Shown here: in pieces, positions 24,918 to 34,695 of the stretch | Layout: each line of letters starts with the position of its first letter | Position numbering within the stretch: position 1 is the stretch's first letter | DNA from: an uncultured Bacillota bacterium | GTDB lineage: Bacteria > Bacillota_I > Bacilli_A > RFN20 > CAG-826 | DNA length: 50,089 nt | Direction: 5' to 3' | Assembly (NCBI GenBank): GCA_946623775.1 | Contig: CAMORJ010000001.1 | Coordinates: 1-50,089, forward strand | Made by a program: the position numbers and the translations under genes | Notes under the pieces: generated by a model | Databases searched by the model: none | The model's input: the letters and a program-made list of their open reading frames with translations, nothing else | Told to the model about the DNA's origin: nothing

Positions 24918-25769
24918 ATGCCAGACGATTACATGGAGAAAAAACAGATTGTCCAGGGCGAACTTTCTCCCGCTCACCCCAAAAAGAAATGGTGGGTCAT
25001 CATCTTGGATATTCTCGCCATTGCCATTTTCCTTCTTGTCTTGGCGGTCTCCGGAACCGTGATTTTCGTCAGCAATTATTATGATGAACCCTTCTATGTT
25101 AATGGCTTTTCTATGTATCCGACTTTAAACTCGGAGTCCCAATACTACATTTCCTCATCTGATAGCTATCGAGAAGCCCACTGGAATGACGGAACCAACA
25201 AAACAAATGATTTCGTGGATTACGGTTGGGCAAAATCGAAAGACGGGTGGATGAAAGATCTGCGTCGTTATGACATTGTGGTGACTTATTACCCAAGCGA
25301 TGCGACCGGGAAAACGATTCACGACGATGCGGATTTAAAAATCAAACGTTTAATTGCGTTTCCGGGGGAGACCGTTACTTTGGAGGCCGACCCCGAAAAC
25401 CCGGCTTGGGGCAAAACCACCATTACAAACTCTGAAGGAACTTTTGTGCTGCCCAACCTTTACACGATGGACGATTATCCCGACCTTCCTTCCGGAATGA
25501 AGTACCCCGGCGTCAATTCGTCTTTGTTTGGAACCTGGACACTGGGCGAGGACGAATACTTTGTCATGGGCGATAATCGTGCTTCGAATTACTCCAAAGA
25601 CTCAAGAAATATTGGACCCATACCTGGATATTTGCTTCGCGGCAAAGCGTATATGATCACGGGAATGAGGAAACTCATTCGCAAGGAAGGCGGCTCTTTC
25701 GACTTGAAGTTCAGTCTGAAGTACATGCGTTTGCCTTGGGCCTATAAATCGTTGGAATACAAATCATGA
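24918..25769 (+). CDS. lepB: Signal peptidase I
   Basis: An N-terminal TM, then VNGFSMYPTL (catalytic Ser box), KRLIAFPGETV (Lys box) and GDNRASNYSKDSR (box E). An alternative ATG lies at 24933. Confidence 0.88.
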   Translation: MPDDYMEKKQIVQGELSPAHPKKKWWVIILDILAIAIFLLVLAVSGTVIFVSNYYDEPFYVNGFSMYPTLNSESQYYISSSDSYREAHWNDGTNKTNDFVDYGWAKSKDGWMKDLRRYDIVVTYYPSDATGKTIHDDADLKIKRLIAFPGETVTLEADPENPAWGKTTITNSEGTFVLPNLYTMDDYPDLPSGMKYPGVNSSLFGTWTLGEDEYFVMGDNRASNYSKDSRNIGPIPGYLLRGKAYMITGMRKLIRKEGGSFDLKFSLKYMRLPWAYKSLEYKS

Positions 25770-26623
25770 GTCAGCAAAACGTCCATTATTTCCCTGGCCA
25801 TATGTCGAAGGCCATCAAGATAATTTCCGGATTCGTGAAATCGGTGGAGCTTATCGTTGAGATTGTCGATGCGCGAGCCCCGCTATCTTGTCGCAACCCC
25901 ATGCTCACGACACTTGCTCCCCAAAAAGCGTGGATTTTGCTTTTGTCCAAGGAGGATATGGCCGACCCAGCAGTTACAAAGCAGTGGCTGGATTACTTTG
26001 GGAAAAATGGGGTTCCCTGCGTCTCGGGCAACCTAAAAAAAGAAAAGTTCGTGAACATCCTGAATAGAGTGGCGTCGCCGTTTATTGCCGCCAAGCGAGA
26101 GAAAGAAAAACGCATCGGAATGAAAAAACAGCCGGTACGTGTAATGATTATTGGCATTCCAAACGTTGGAAAGAGCACCTTGATCAACAATCTTCGCGGC
26201 AAAAAAGTTGCCGCGGTTGGCAACAAGGCAGGAGTCACTAGGGCAGAGCAATGGATTAAATTAAGCGATGACTTTACTCTCCTTGATACCCCCGGCGTTT
26301 TGCCTATGAATTATCCCGACGGCGCTCAGGCGATTCGTTTGGCGTTGCTTGGCACCATGAGGGAAGAAGTTTTGCCTACCGAGGAACTATCCTATGCGCT
26401 GCTTGGCTATCTGAAAGAGAACTACCCCAGCATTTTGATGAATCGCTTTGGCATCGAGGATATTACCGGAATGGATTCGCAGATTATCCTTCAGGAAATT
26501 GCGAAGAAGCGTTTGCTTTTGGAAGGGCCTAACCTTTCTGAAACGAAAGCGGCATACCTTTTGATCAAAGAATTTAAAGATGGGCTGCTCGGCCCTATCT
26601 CTTTGGAGATTCCGAATGCTTAA
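25766..26623 (+). CDS. rbgA: Ribosome biogenesis GTPase A (YlqF/RbgA)
   Basis: HYFPGHMSKA, and the circularly permuted GTPase motifs GIPNVGKSTLIN and DTPG. ATGA overlap with lepB. Confidence 0.92.
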   Translation: MSQQNVHYFPGHMSKAIKIISGFVKSVELIVEIVDARAPLSCRNPMLTTLAPQKAWILLLSKEDMADPAVTKQWLDYFGKNGVPCVSGNLKKEKFVNILNRVASPFIAAKREKEKRIGMKKQPVRVMIIGIPNVGKSTLINNLRGKKVAAVGNKAGVTRAEQWIKLSDDFTLLDTPGVLPMNYPDGAQAIRLALLGTMREEVLPTEELSYALLGYLKENYPSILMNRFGIEDITGMDSQIILQEIAKKRLLLEGPNLSETKAAYLLIKEFKDGLLGPISLEIPNA

Positions 26624-27236
26624 TTTGGAGCAGGAATACTATAGCGAATCCATCCTTCTTATCGCCGGATGCGACGAAGCGGGCCGCGGGCCGCTTGCAG
26701 GGCCTGTATGCGCGGCAGCGGTGGTGTTTCCCAAAGGGTATTCGAACCCGGACATCGATGATTCTAAAAAACTGACCGCCAAAAAAAGAGATGCCCTGTA
26801 TGAGACGATTATTCGGGATGCCCTTGGATATGGCATCGCGATGCGCTCTGCGGATTGGATTGACAAGCACAATATTTACGAAGCCGCCCGCGATGCGATG
26901 AAAGAGGCCCTTGCAATGATCAAGGTCCCCTATCAGCTTGTGCTTTCCGATTGCATGCCAATGCCAGGCTTCCCTGTGCCTGTAATCCCTTTGGTGAAAG
27001 GGGATGCCAAATGCCTCAATATCGCTGCCGCATCCATATTGGCCAAGGTCACTCGAGATAGATACATGGAAGAGTTGGAAAAGAAGTACCCGAATTTTTC
27101 GTTCTCCGTGCACAAAGGTTACGGAACGAAAAAACATCTTGAAGAGCTGCGCGAATACGGCCCGATAGAGGGGATTCATAGGAAAACATTCGGTCCTGTT
27201 GCGCAGTTTTACCATGAGCAGCTAACGCTCTTTTAG
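26616..27236 (+). CDS. rnhB: Ribonuclease HII
   Basis: GCDEAGRGPLAGPV, DDSKKL and SILAKVTRD. Start at the ATG at 26616, overlapping the rbgA end. Confidence 0.93.
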   Translation: MLNLEQEYYSESILLIAGCDEAGRGPLAGPVCAAAVVFPKGYSNPDIDDSKKLTAKKRDALYETIIRDALGYGIAMRSADWIDKHNIYEAARDAMKEALAMIKVPYQLVLSDCMPMPGFPVPVIPLVKGDAKCLNIAAASILAKVTRDRYMEELEKKYPNFSFSVHKGYGTKKHLEELREYGPIEGIHRKTFGPVAQFYHEQLTLF

Positions 27237-27258
27237 CTCTTTATATAATAAGGATTAG

Positions 27259-27291
27259 GGACTTCAACAAAAAAAGTTGAGTCCTTTTTTG
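27259..27291 (+). terminator. rnhB terminator
   Basis: Stem GGACT(T)CAAC / GTTGAGTCC, loop A7, followed by T6. Confidence 0.75.
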
Positions 27292-27329
27292 CTTCTCGAC
27301 GCCAATTAAATAAGTGAGGAGGTCTTTTT

Positions 27330-28118
27330 ATGGACTCAAAAGAAACACTTTGCTACCTCTCCATCATTCACGGCGGAAACCAGCAGAAAATCATGGAGGC
27401 TATCCGCTCGCAGGTTCAGCCTGAGGAAGAAGAGGTGCTGAAAGAAGTCAGGAAGCTCAAGAGCCATTGGGTTACGCTTCTTGATCCAGACTACCCGTCG
27501 GCGCTGAGGATGATAGCCATGCCCCCAATCGTCTTGTTCTATAGGGGAAACCTATCGCTCATCTCTGACTACAACCGCTGCGTAAGCATCGTGGGGGCGA
27601 GGGCGGCCAGCGCCTATGGCTTGAGCATGGCCGAGAAACTCACCCATGGCGCCGCCAGTCATGGCTATACGGTCATAAGCGGTTTGGCAAAAGGCATTGA
27701 TACCGTGGCAGCGCAGGCCGCTATGCCCTTTGGAGCCGCGGTGGCCGTTTTAGGGAATGGCATGAATAACGTCTATCCCTCGGAGAATGGCCAGCTCCAA
27801 CGCCAAATCGAAAAAGGCGGTCTGTTGCTTTCGGAATACCCGGACGATGTCAAACCATCGCCCATTCAATTTCCGGCCCGCAATAGAATCATCGCCGGCT
27901 TAAGCAAGGCAACAATTCTGGCGGAGGCCAAAATCAGGTCTGGCTCAATGATCACTTGCGCTTGCGCTTTGGAATTCTCCAGAGACGTTGGAGCGGTGCC
28001 GTATCGCGCCGACGAGGAAAGCGCCTGCAATATGATCATCAAGGAAGGCGCTGCCATGATTGAGGACGTCGAAGATCTGCTGATGATGCTCCATGGGCCG
28101 ACGGGAAAAATTTTATAA
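27330..28118 (+). CDS. dprA: DNA-processing protein DprA/Smf
   Basis: VSIVGARAASAYG, SGLAKGIDTVAAQAAM and FPARNRIIAGLS. SD GTGAGGAGG is present. Confidence 0.88.
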   Translation: MDSKETLCYLSIIHGGNQQKIMEAIRSQVQPEEEEVLKEVRKLKSHWVTLLDPDYPSALRMIAMPPIVLFYRGNLSLISDYNRCVSIVGARAASAYGLSMAEKLTHGAASHGYTVISGLAKGIDTVAAQAAMPFGAAVAVLGNGMNNVYPSENGQLQRQIEKGGLLLSEYPDDVKPSPIQFPARNRIIAGLSKATILAEAKIRSGSMITCACALEFSRDVGAVPYRADEESACNMIIKEGAAMIEDVEDLLMMLHGPTGKIL

Positions 28119-28158
28119 ATAATCATATTTATATAGGAAATAAGCCGAAAAATATCGG

Positions 28159-28187
28159 TTGACACGGCATTTTTAGGCTTCTATAGT
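28159..28187 (+). promoter_or_regulatory. topA operon promoter
   Basis: Consensus TTGACA (28159-28164), a 17-nt spacer, then TATAGT (28182-28187). The ATG lies only 14 nt after the -10, with no SD. Confidence 0.65.
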
Positions 28188-28201
28188 CATGTCGAAAAAT
28201 T

Positions 28202-30337
28202 ATGAAGCTCGTTATTGTAGAATCTCCAAACAAGCAAACGACCATCAAACGTTACCTCGGTCCGGAGTATAACGTTGTGGCCAGTCAGGGCCATATCAGG
28301 GATCTTGCCACTCGTGGCAAGGGCGGCCTTGGAATTGATGTCGATAACTCTTTTGCGCCTGTTTGGGAAATCCCTGAAAAGAAAAAGGCCATCGTGTCCA
28401 TGCTTAAGCGCGAAGTCGCAAAAGCGGATGAAGTGTATCTTGCCACCGACCCTGATCGTGAAGGGGAAGCCATCGCCTATCATCTCGCCGACGTTTTGCA
28501 TTTGCCTTTGGATACGACTAAAAGGCTTCGCTTCTTTGAAATCACGAAGCCCGGCATCGAAGAAGCGCTCGCGGATACGGGAACCATCGATATGAATACC
28601 GTGGCCGCGCAGCAAACCAGGCGTTTTGAAGACCGCATCATCGGATTCAAAGTGTCTTCGCTGATCTTCAAGAAAGCGCGTTTGCGTTCTGCGGGCCGCG
28701 TTCAGTCCGCAACGCTTCGCCTTATCGTCGACCGCCAAAGCGAAATCGACTCTTTCATCCCAGAGGAATACTGGACAATCGAGACCGAAGTTATGCTGGA
28801 AGGCAAAAAATACAAAATTGCCCTCTCCAAAGTCGACGGCAAGACGCCGAAGATCACCAGCAAAGAGCAAGCGGAGGCGATCCTTGCCAGGATCCCCGAG
28901 AATCTTTTGGTCAGCTCGATCGCGAAAAAGGAGAAATCCACCTCCCCCAAACTGGCATTCTCTACCTCTACTTTGCAACAGGAAGCGTACGTCAAATTGC
29001 ACTTTTCCAACAAAAAGACGCAGGACGTGGCTCAAAAATTGTTCGAAGGCTTGACTATCGGAGGCGAGCATGTCGGTCTTATTACATACCTTCGTACCGA
29101 CACCACCCGTATATCTCCGGAGTTCTATCGCCGCCACGCGGTTCCCTATATCACCGAGACTTTCGGCCAGGAATACATCGGCCCACTGCGAACCGTAAAA
29201 GCCGATGCAAATGTTCAAGGCGCCCATGAAGGTATTCGTATCACCGGCACTCATCGCACGCCTGAAATTGTTGCGCAGTACGTTTCTCCCGACGAAGCTA
29301 AGCTTTATCGCCTCATTTATTGCCGTACCATGGCGTCTTTGATGGCGCCGAAGAAGACCGAAGCCACTTCGGTTTCTTTGACCGGCAATGGGCTGGAGTT
29401 CACTTTGTCAGGATCCAGAACCTTATTCAAGGGCTTCACCGCGGTTTATGGCGAGTTCGAAGATGAAGAGGATGCGGCAACGCTTCCCGAAATCAAAGAA
29501 GGCTCAACCATCGCCGTTACATCGAAGCACGGCGATCAGAAGTTTACGAAACCTGTGCCGCATTACAACGCCGCATCTATTGTTAAAACGATGGAAGATC
29601 TCGGAATTGGCCGTCCATCTACTTATGCATCAACTATCGTTACGCTGAAGCAAAGAAAATACATTACGGAAGAAAAAGGCAATCTCATTCCGACGGAAGA
29701 CGGCAAACGCACGGTTGCCATCCTCAATAAATATTTCCCGAAAGTTACCGATACTTCATACACCGCAAGCATGGAAAAGAAGCTCGATAACGTCGCGGAG
29801 GGGAAAGAGTCATTCATCGATGCCATGAACGAATTCTATGGCCCGTTTATGGCGACTTTCGAAGACGCAAAAGGCAGAATGTATTCTGATGGCCCGCAAA
29901 AAGCAGGCGGGACATGCCCTATTTGCGGCCGTGACCTCGTGATTAAAACCAATAAAAAAGGACAGCAGTTTATCGGCTGCTCCGGCTTCCCTCAATGCCG
30001 CTACATCCAAAAAGAGGAAAAGCCCGCTGACGTTCCCACTGGCGAAATGTGCCCCAAGTGCGGTCATGCGTTGGTTTGGAGGCTAAACCGCAAGGGCGAA
30101 AAATTCATTGCTTGCTCCAACTGGCCGCGTTGCGACTATACAAGCGGTGGAGACGCCAAACCCGCGAAGAAAAAGAAAGTCTACACCAAAGCCGATTATG
30201 TCAAACCTTGCCCTCGTTGCAAAGGTGGGCAACTCGTTGTGAAAGAAGGCAAAAAAGGACAGTTCCTCGCTTGCACGAATTTCCCTCGCTGCAGGTATCA
30301 TGAGCCTCTTGACGGGGCAAACCCTCAAAGCAAATAA
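28202..30337 (+). CDS. topA: DNA topoisomerase I
   Basis: A TOPRIM N-terminus (KLVIVESPNK, ATDPDREGE), the active-site Tyr region, and three C-terminal Zn ribbons (CPICG..CSGFPQC, CPKCG..CSNWPRC, CPRCK..CTNFPRC). Confidence 0.96.
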   Translation: MKLVIVESPNKQTTIKRYLGPEYNVVASQGHIRDLATRGKGGLGIDVDNSFAPVWEIPEKKKAIVSMLKREVAKADEVYLATDPDREGEAIAYHLADVLHLPLDTTKRLRFFEITKPGIEEALADTGTIDMNTVAAQQTRRFEDRIIGFKVSSLIFKKARLRSAGRVQSATLRLIVDRQSEIDSFIPEEYWTIETEVMLEGKKYKIALSKVDGKTPKITSKEQAEAILARIPENLLVSSIAKKEKSTSPKLAFSTSTLQQEAYVKLHFSNKKTQDVAQKLFEGLTIGGEHVGLITYLRTDTTRISPEFYRRHAVPYITETFGQEYIGPLRTVKADANVQGAHEGIRITGTHRTPEIVAQYVSPDEAKLYRLIYCRTMASLMAPKKTEATSVSLTGNGLEFTLSGSRTLFKGFTAVYGEFEDEEDAATLPEIKEGSTIAVTSKHGDQKFTKPVPHYNAASIVKTMEDLGIGRPSTYASTIVTLKQRKYITEEKGNLIPTEDGKRTVAILNKYFPKVTDTSYTASMEKKLDNVAEGKESFIDAMNEFYGPFMATFEDAKGRMYSDGPQKAGGTCPICGRDLVIKTNKKGQQFIGCSGFPQCRYIQKEEKPADVPTGEMCPKCGHALVWRLNRKGEKFIACSNWPRCDYTSGGDAKPAKKKKVYTKADYVKPCPRCKGGQLVVKEGKKGQFLACTNFPRCRYHEPLDGANPQSK

Positions 30338-30344
30338 TTGACGC

Positions 30345-31628
30345 ATGAAATCGATCAATGTTGTAGGGGCGGGGTTAGCAGGTAGCGAAGCCGCCTTCTA
30401 TTTGCTTTCGCATGGCTACGAAGTGCATCTATATGAACGCCGTCCTTTGGTATTGGATGGAGCGCATATCACTGGTTTATATGGCGAGCTCGTTTGCTCT
30501 AACTCCTTGAAATCGAAATCGCTTGATAATGCGTGCGGTTTGCTGAAGGAAGAGATGCGGATAATGCATTCCATAACCATGGATGCTGCCGCCGAATCGG
30601 AAGTGCCTAGTGGCAACGCCTTAAGCGTCGACCGTGATGTTTTTGCCACGAAAATCACTACACGTCTCAATTCTTTTCCCAATCTCGTTCTTCATACAGA
30701 AGAAGTTACTGGCCTTCCCGAAGGGATAACGATTCTTGCCACTGGGCCGTTGACTAGCGATGGGCTGATGAAAATCCTGGGCGAAAAAATCGGTCAGAAG
30801 AGCCTCTCGTTCTTCGATGCGAGCGCCCCGATCGTCAAGAAATCTTCCATTGACTTTACCAAGGCGTATTACAAGTCGCGTTATGAGCAGGGGGACGAGT
30901 CGTATATTAACTGCCCCTTCGACAAAGAGGAGTACACCCGTTTTGTTGATGAGCTTATTCATGCCGAGAGGGCTTTGCTGCACGAATTCGACACAAAGTA
31001 TTTCGAAGGCTGTTTGCCGGTTGAAGTCATCGCTTCCCGCGGATTTGAAACGCTTCGCCATGGCCCACTGAAACCGTTTGGCCTATCCACGCCCGAGCAC
31101 CCTAAACCGTTTGCCGTCGCTCAATTGAGACAAGACACTTTGCTTGGCGATTACTACAACATCGTTGGATTCCAAACCAATCTCACTTATCCGGAGCAAC
31201 GCAGGGTTTTCTCCATGATTCCAGGTTTGGAAAATGCAGAATTCTTACGTTTTGGCTTGATGCATCGCAATTCATATTTGGATGCGCCTAGGTGCCTCAA
31301 CGAGGATATGTCCTTGAAACAGGATCCCAATCTTTTCATCGCAGGACAGCTTTCTGGCGTTGAAGGCTATGTCGAGTCTTCTGCCATGGGCATCTACGCC
31401 GCAATCTGCGCTTCGCGAAAACTGGAAGGGAAAGAACCTATCGTTCCTTCCAAAAACACCATAATGGGTGCCCTAATTTACTACATTACGCATTGTGCCG
31501 ATAAATATTTTTCTCCCATGAACGCCAACTGGGCACTGATCCCAACCTCCTCCAAGCGCGATAGACAGCCCACAATCGACACAGCGATAGAAGAAACGAA
31601 AATCTTTTGGGAGAAGGTTAATGGATGA
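30345..31628 (+). CDS. trmFO: Methylenetetrahydrofolate-tRNA-(uracil54-C5)-methyltransferase TrmFO (Gid)
   Basis: FAD motif INVVGAGLAGSEAA and GFQTNLTYPEQRRVF. The topA-trmFO-xerC order is conserved. Confidence 0.94.
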   Translation: MKSINVVGAGLAGSEAAFYLLSHGYEVHLYERRPLVLDGAHITGLYGELVCSNSLKSKSLDNACGLLKEEMRIMHSITMDAAAESEVPSGNALSVDRDVFATKITTRLNSFPNLVLHTEEVTGLPEGITILATGPLTSDGLMKILGEKIGQKSLSFFDASAPIVKKSSIDFTKAYYKSRYEQGDESYINCPFDKEEYTRFVDELIHAERALLHEFDTKYFEGCLPVEVIASRGFETLRHGPLKPFGLSTPEHPKPFAVAQLRQDTLLGDYYNIVGFQTNLTYPEQRRVFSMIPGLENAEFLRFGLMHRNSYLDAPRCLNEDMSLKQDPNLFIAGQLSGVEGYVESSAMGIYAAICASRKLEGKEPIVPSKNTIMGALIYYITHCADKYFSPMNANWALIPTSSKRDRQPTIDTAIEETKIFWEKVNG

Positions 31629-32526
31629 ATTGCTGATTCAGCAGTATCTTGCCTCCCTGAAATATGAAAAAGGCTTTTCGGAGGCAACCGTTTCTTCCTA
31701 TGGAAGAGATATAAGGAAATTCAAGAATTATATCGACGGCGAAGGAATCTCATACCAATCCGTTGATCTGCAGATCATCACCAATTTCCTCTCGATGGAA
31801 TTGATGAACAACATCTCTGCCAATTCCTGCAAAAGAAGGATGTCTTCCTTGAGGAGCTTTTATGATTATCTCAAAAGAAAGAACATTGTTCCCGGGAACC
31901 CATTCCGTCTAGCGGATAATCCGAAAGGCGAAACCAAATATCCAGCGGTTCTGTTTCAGGAAGAAGCGCAAGCACTTTTAGAGGCCAATCGCGCTAGAAC
32001 CGACGAACTTGCTCCAAGGGATCAAGCGATCCTTGAATTGATGCTCTCCTCTGGGCTTCGCGCTTCTGAGACGGTCAATTTAAAAATGCTTCAAATCGAT
32101 TTGGCACGGCGAGTGATTAGGGTTCGTGGAAAAGGAAATAAAGACCGCATCGTTCCTTTTAGCAAGGAAGCCAAAGCCGCGATTGTTGCTTATCGCGATG
32201 ATCTTAGGCTCAAACTATTGCGCAACAACCCGTCAGGCCGAAGCGAATATTTGTTTTTGAATTCTCGCGGTCAAAAGCTGACGGTCCGAGGGCTCGAGTA
32301 CATCATGAAAGAAATCGAGGAAAAGACCGGAAAGCGCCTTGGACTTCACCCGCATGAACTAAGGCATTCTTTTGCTACAAAAATGCTGGAACGCGGGGCC
32401 GACCTCCGTTTAATCCAGGAAATCTTGGGACATCGCTCGATTAACTCCACCCAGATTTATACCCATCTCTCCCAAAAGGAAATCACTGCGGAATACGAGA
32501 AATATTTCCCGCTTGGGAAAGAATAA
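31621..32526 (+). CDS. xerC: Tyrosine recombinase XerC (CodV-like)
   Basis: C-terminal HELRHSFATKMLERGADLRLIQEILGHRSINSTQIYTHL (the R-H-R-Y catalytic set). It overlaps trmFO by 8 nt. Confidence 0.9.
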   Translation: MDELLIQQYLASLKYEKGFSEATVSSYGRDIRKFKNYIDGEGISYQSVDLQIITNFLSMELMNNISANSCKRRMSSLRSFYDYLKRKNIVPGNPFRLADNPKGETKYPAVLFQEEAQALLEANRARTDELAPRDQAILELMLSSGLRASETVNLKMLQIDLARRVIRVRGKGNKDRIVPFSKEAKAAIVAYRDDLRLKLLRNNPSGRSEYLFLNSRGQKLTVRGLEYIMKEIEEKTGKRLGLHPHELRHSFATKMLERGADLRLIQEILGHRSINSTQIYTHLSQKEITAEYEKYFPLGKE

Positions 32527-32529
32527 ATT

Positions 32530-32746
32530 TTGAAAATAGCGGGGACGTGTATTAGTTTCGCATTCTTTTTTCGTCGCATGCGCATTTTGCACTTCCACAT
32601 GTGCGCATGAAAGCGTATAGTAATCCTCGGCCGCTAGGCGGCCAATACGCACCCCGTGGATTCAACGCCTTGTTCCTCTCGGGCCGAAGTTAGGCTTAAA
32701 AAGCGAGTAGGTGGTCAGTTGTTCGAAGCGGGGGAGGCAAAAACAA
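32530..32746 (+). promoter_or_regulatory. Candidate rpsB promoter plus ~180-nt structured leader
   Basis: Promoter TTGAAA (32530-35), 17-nt spacer, TAGTTT (32553-58). Hairpin 1 is CATGCGCA/TGCGCATG (32577-84 / 32602-09). The nested hairpin 2 is GCGTAT..GGCCGC-TAG-GCGGCC..ATACGC (32613-32650). CCTCTC (32675-80) is complementary to the SD GGGAGG (32732-37). Confidence 0.35.
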
Positions 32747-33823
32747 ATGGAGGTCACCAAAATGAGTGACGAAATCAATCAGGAAGCGGTCGTCGAAGAA
32801 GCTGCCGCTCCAGAAGCTCCCGCTGCGGAGCCCACTATGGCGCAGGTCCTTCATGACCCCAACGCCCCAATCCTCACACTCAAGAAGTGCTTAGAGGCTG
32901 GCGTCCACTTCGGACATCAAACCCGTCGTTGGAACCCCAAGATGAGCAAATTCATCTTTGGCGCTCGCAATGGCATCTACATCATCGACCTTAACAAGAC
33001 CGTTGAGCGTACCATCGTCGCCTACAACGCCTTGAAGACCATCGTCGAAGCTGGCGGCAAAGTTCTCTTTGTCGGCACCAAGCCCCAGGCTCAGCAAATC
33101 GTGATCGACGAAGCCGTCCGTTCGGGATCCTTCTACATCACCAACCGCTGGCTCGGCGGCATCCTCACCAACTTCCGCACCATCCAGGGCCGCACCAAGA
33201 GGCTCCAAGAACTCGAGACCGCTGCTGAAGACGGCTCTTGGGATAAGCTTCCGAAGAAGGAAATCGCTCTTCTCAAGAAAGAGATGGCCAAACTTCAGAA
33301 GAACCTCGAAGGCATCAAATTGATGCGCAAAGTTCCTAATGCCATCGTTCTTGCTGATCCTTCCGTTGAGCACAATGCTGTTTTGGAAGCCAAAAAGCTT
33401 GGCATCCCCGTCTTCGCTATCTGCGACACTTCCGATGACCCCGACCTCATCGACTTCCCCATCCCATCCAACAACGATGCGACCTCTTCCATCAAGCTCA
33501 TCGTTGGCGTTCTTGCCGACGCTGTCGTCGAGGCCCGCACCAATGGCGAATTGACCGAAATCGCCTACACCGTCGATTCTGGCGAAGAAGCAACCATGGC
33601 TGATGCCATCCGCGTTGCCGACATCGCCGCCGAACAGCATCGCGCCGCTGTCCGCGCTGCTCGCAAAGCACGCGAAGAGCGTTACGCCAGGCTCCAAGCT
33701 GAACGTCAGGCTCGCTATGCCGCCCGCAAAGGCGAGAAGAAACCTGCCGCTCCTGCCCAAGAAGGCCAGAAGCCTGCCGAAGCTGCTCCCGAAGCTGCTG
33801 CTCCCGAAGAAGCCGCTGAATAA
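32747..33823 (+). CDS. rpsB: 30S ribosomal protein S2 with Ala/Pro/Glu-rich terminal extensions
   Basis: Core LEAGVHFGHQTRRWNPKM and the rest of S2. Three SD-preceded starts are possible: 32747, 32762 and 32837. A ~100-aa C-terminal tail is present. Confidence 0.9.
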   Translation: MEVTKMSDEINQEAVVEEAAAPEAPAAEPTMAQVLHDPNAPILTLKKCLEAGVHFGHQTRRWNPKMSKFIFGARNGIYIIDLNKTVERTIVAYNALKTIVEAGGKVLFVGTKPQAQQIVIDEAVRSGSFYITNRWLGGILTNFRTIQGRTKRLQELETAAEDGSWDKLPKKEIALLKKEMAKLQKNLEGIKLMRKVPNAIVLADPSVEHNAVLEAKKLGIPVFAICDTSDDPDLIDFPIPSNNDATSSIKLIVGVLADAVVEARTNGELTEIAYTVDSGEEATMADAIRVADIAAEQHRAAVRAARKAREERYARLQAERQARYAARKGEKKPAAPAQEGQKPAEAAPEAAAPEEAAE

Positions 33824-33843
33824 TTATTGAGAGGTATTTACTT

Positions 33844-34695
33844 ATGGCCGTTACCGTTGCCCAAATCAAGGATCTCCAGAACCGCACCGGCGCTGGTTTG
33901 ATGGACTGCAAAAAAGCCCTCACCGAGACCGATGGCGATGTGGAGAAAGCCATCGACATCCTTCGCGAAAAAGGCATTGCCAAAGCCGCTTCCAAGGCTG
34001 GCCGTGTCGCCGCCGAAGGCTTGACCAACATCAAAATCTGCGATGAATGCCACTCTGCAGTCATCGTTGAAGTCAACTGCGAGACCGATTTCGTTTCCGG
34101 CTCTCCGAAATTCGTCGAATTTGTTGACGCCGTCACCGATCGCTTGCTCGAAAAGAAGCCTGCAAGCCTTGAAGAAGCCAAGGAAATCACGCAGGACCTC
34201 TTCACTGATGCGGTCGTTGCCATGCGCGAGAACTTCGTCCTCCGTCGCTTCGCCATCATTAAAGCGAACGAAGGTGAAGCCTTTGGCTCTTACATCCATA
34301 TGCATGGCAAGATCTCCGCTTTGGTCCTTCTTTCCAAAGACGCTGGCGAAATCAACCGTGGCCTTGCCATGACCGTTGCTTCCGCCGCTCCGGAATATCT
34401 CACCCTCGATGATGTTTCCGCCGACATCAAAGCCCGCGAGCTCAAGATTGCTCAGGCCGAAGTCGCCGAAGATCCGAAGCTCCAGGCCAAACCCGACAAC
34501 GTCAAAGCCATGATTGCGGAGCGCAAAGTCGCTTCCCGCCTTGGCGATGCCTGCCTTGGCTCGAAGCCTTATGCTCTCGATCCCGAGGGAAAACTCACCG
34601 TCGACGAGCTCTGCAAGCAAAAAGGCCTCAAGGTCGTTTCCTTCGTCCGTTACATGGTTGGCGAAGGCGTCGAGAAGCCTGCTTCCGAGGAATAA
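33844..34695 (+). CDS. tsf: Elongation factor Ts
   Basis: VAQIKDLQNRTGAGLMDCKKALTETDGDVEKAIDILREKG (UBA domain). SD GAGAGG is present. Confidence 0.95.
   Translation: MAVTVAQIKDLQNRTGAGLMDCKKALTETDGDVEKAIDILREKGIAKAASKAGRVAAEGLTNIKICDECHSAVIVEVNCETDFVSGSPKFVEFVDAVTDRLLEKKPASLEEAKEITQDLFTDAVVAMRENFVLRRFAIIKANEGEAFGSYIHMHGKISALVLLSKDAGEINRGLAMTVASAAPEYLTLDDVSADIKARELKIAQAEVAEDPKLQAKPDNVKAMIAERKVASRLGDACLGSKPYALDPEGKLTVDELCKQKGLKVVSFVRYMVGEGVEKPASEE

Noticed and set aside
28187-29254. A 355-aa ORF antisense to the 5' half of topA.
   Set aside because: It is a shadow ORF opposite a highly conserved gene. It has no recognisable motifs and no RBS or promoter, and its composition is Arg/Gly/Phe-rich.
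32410-32652. An 80-aa minus-strand ORF spanning the xerC 3' end and the rpsB leader.
   Set aside because: It overlaps the xerC coding sequence antisense. It has no SD and no plausible promoter. The region is better explained as a structured rpsB leader.
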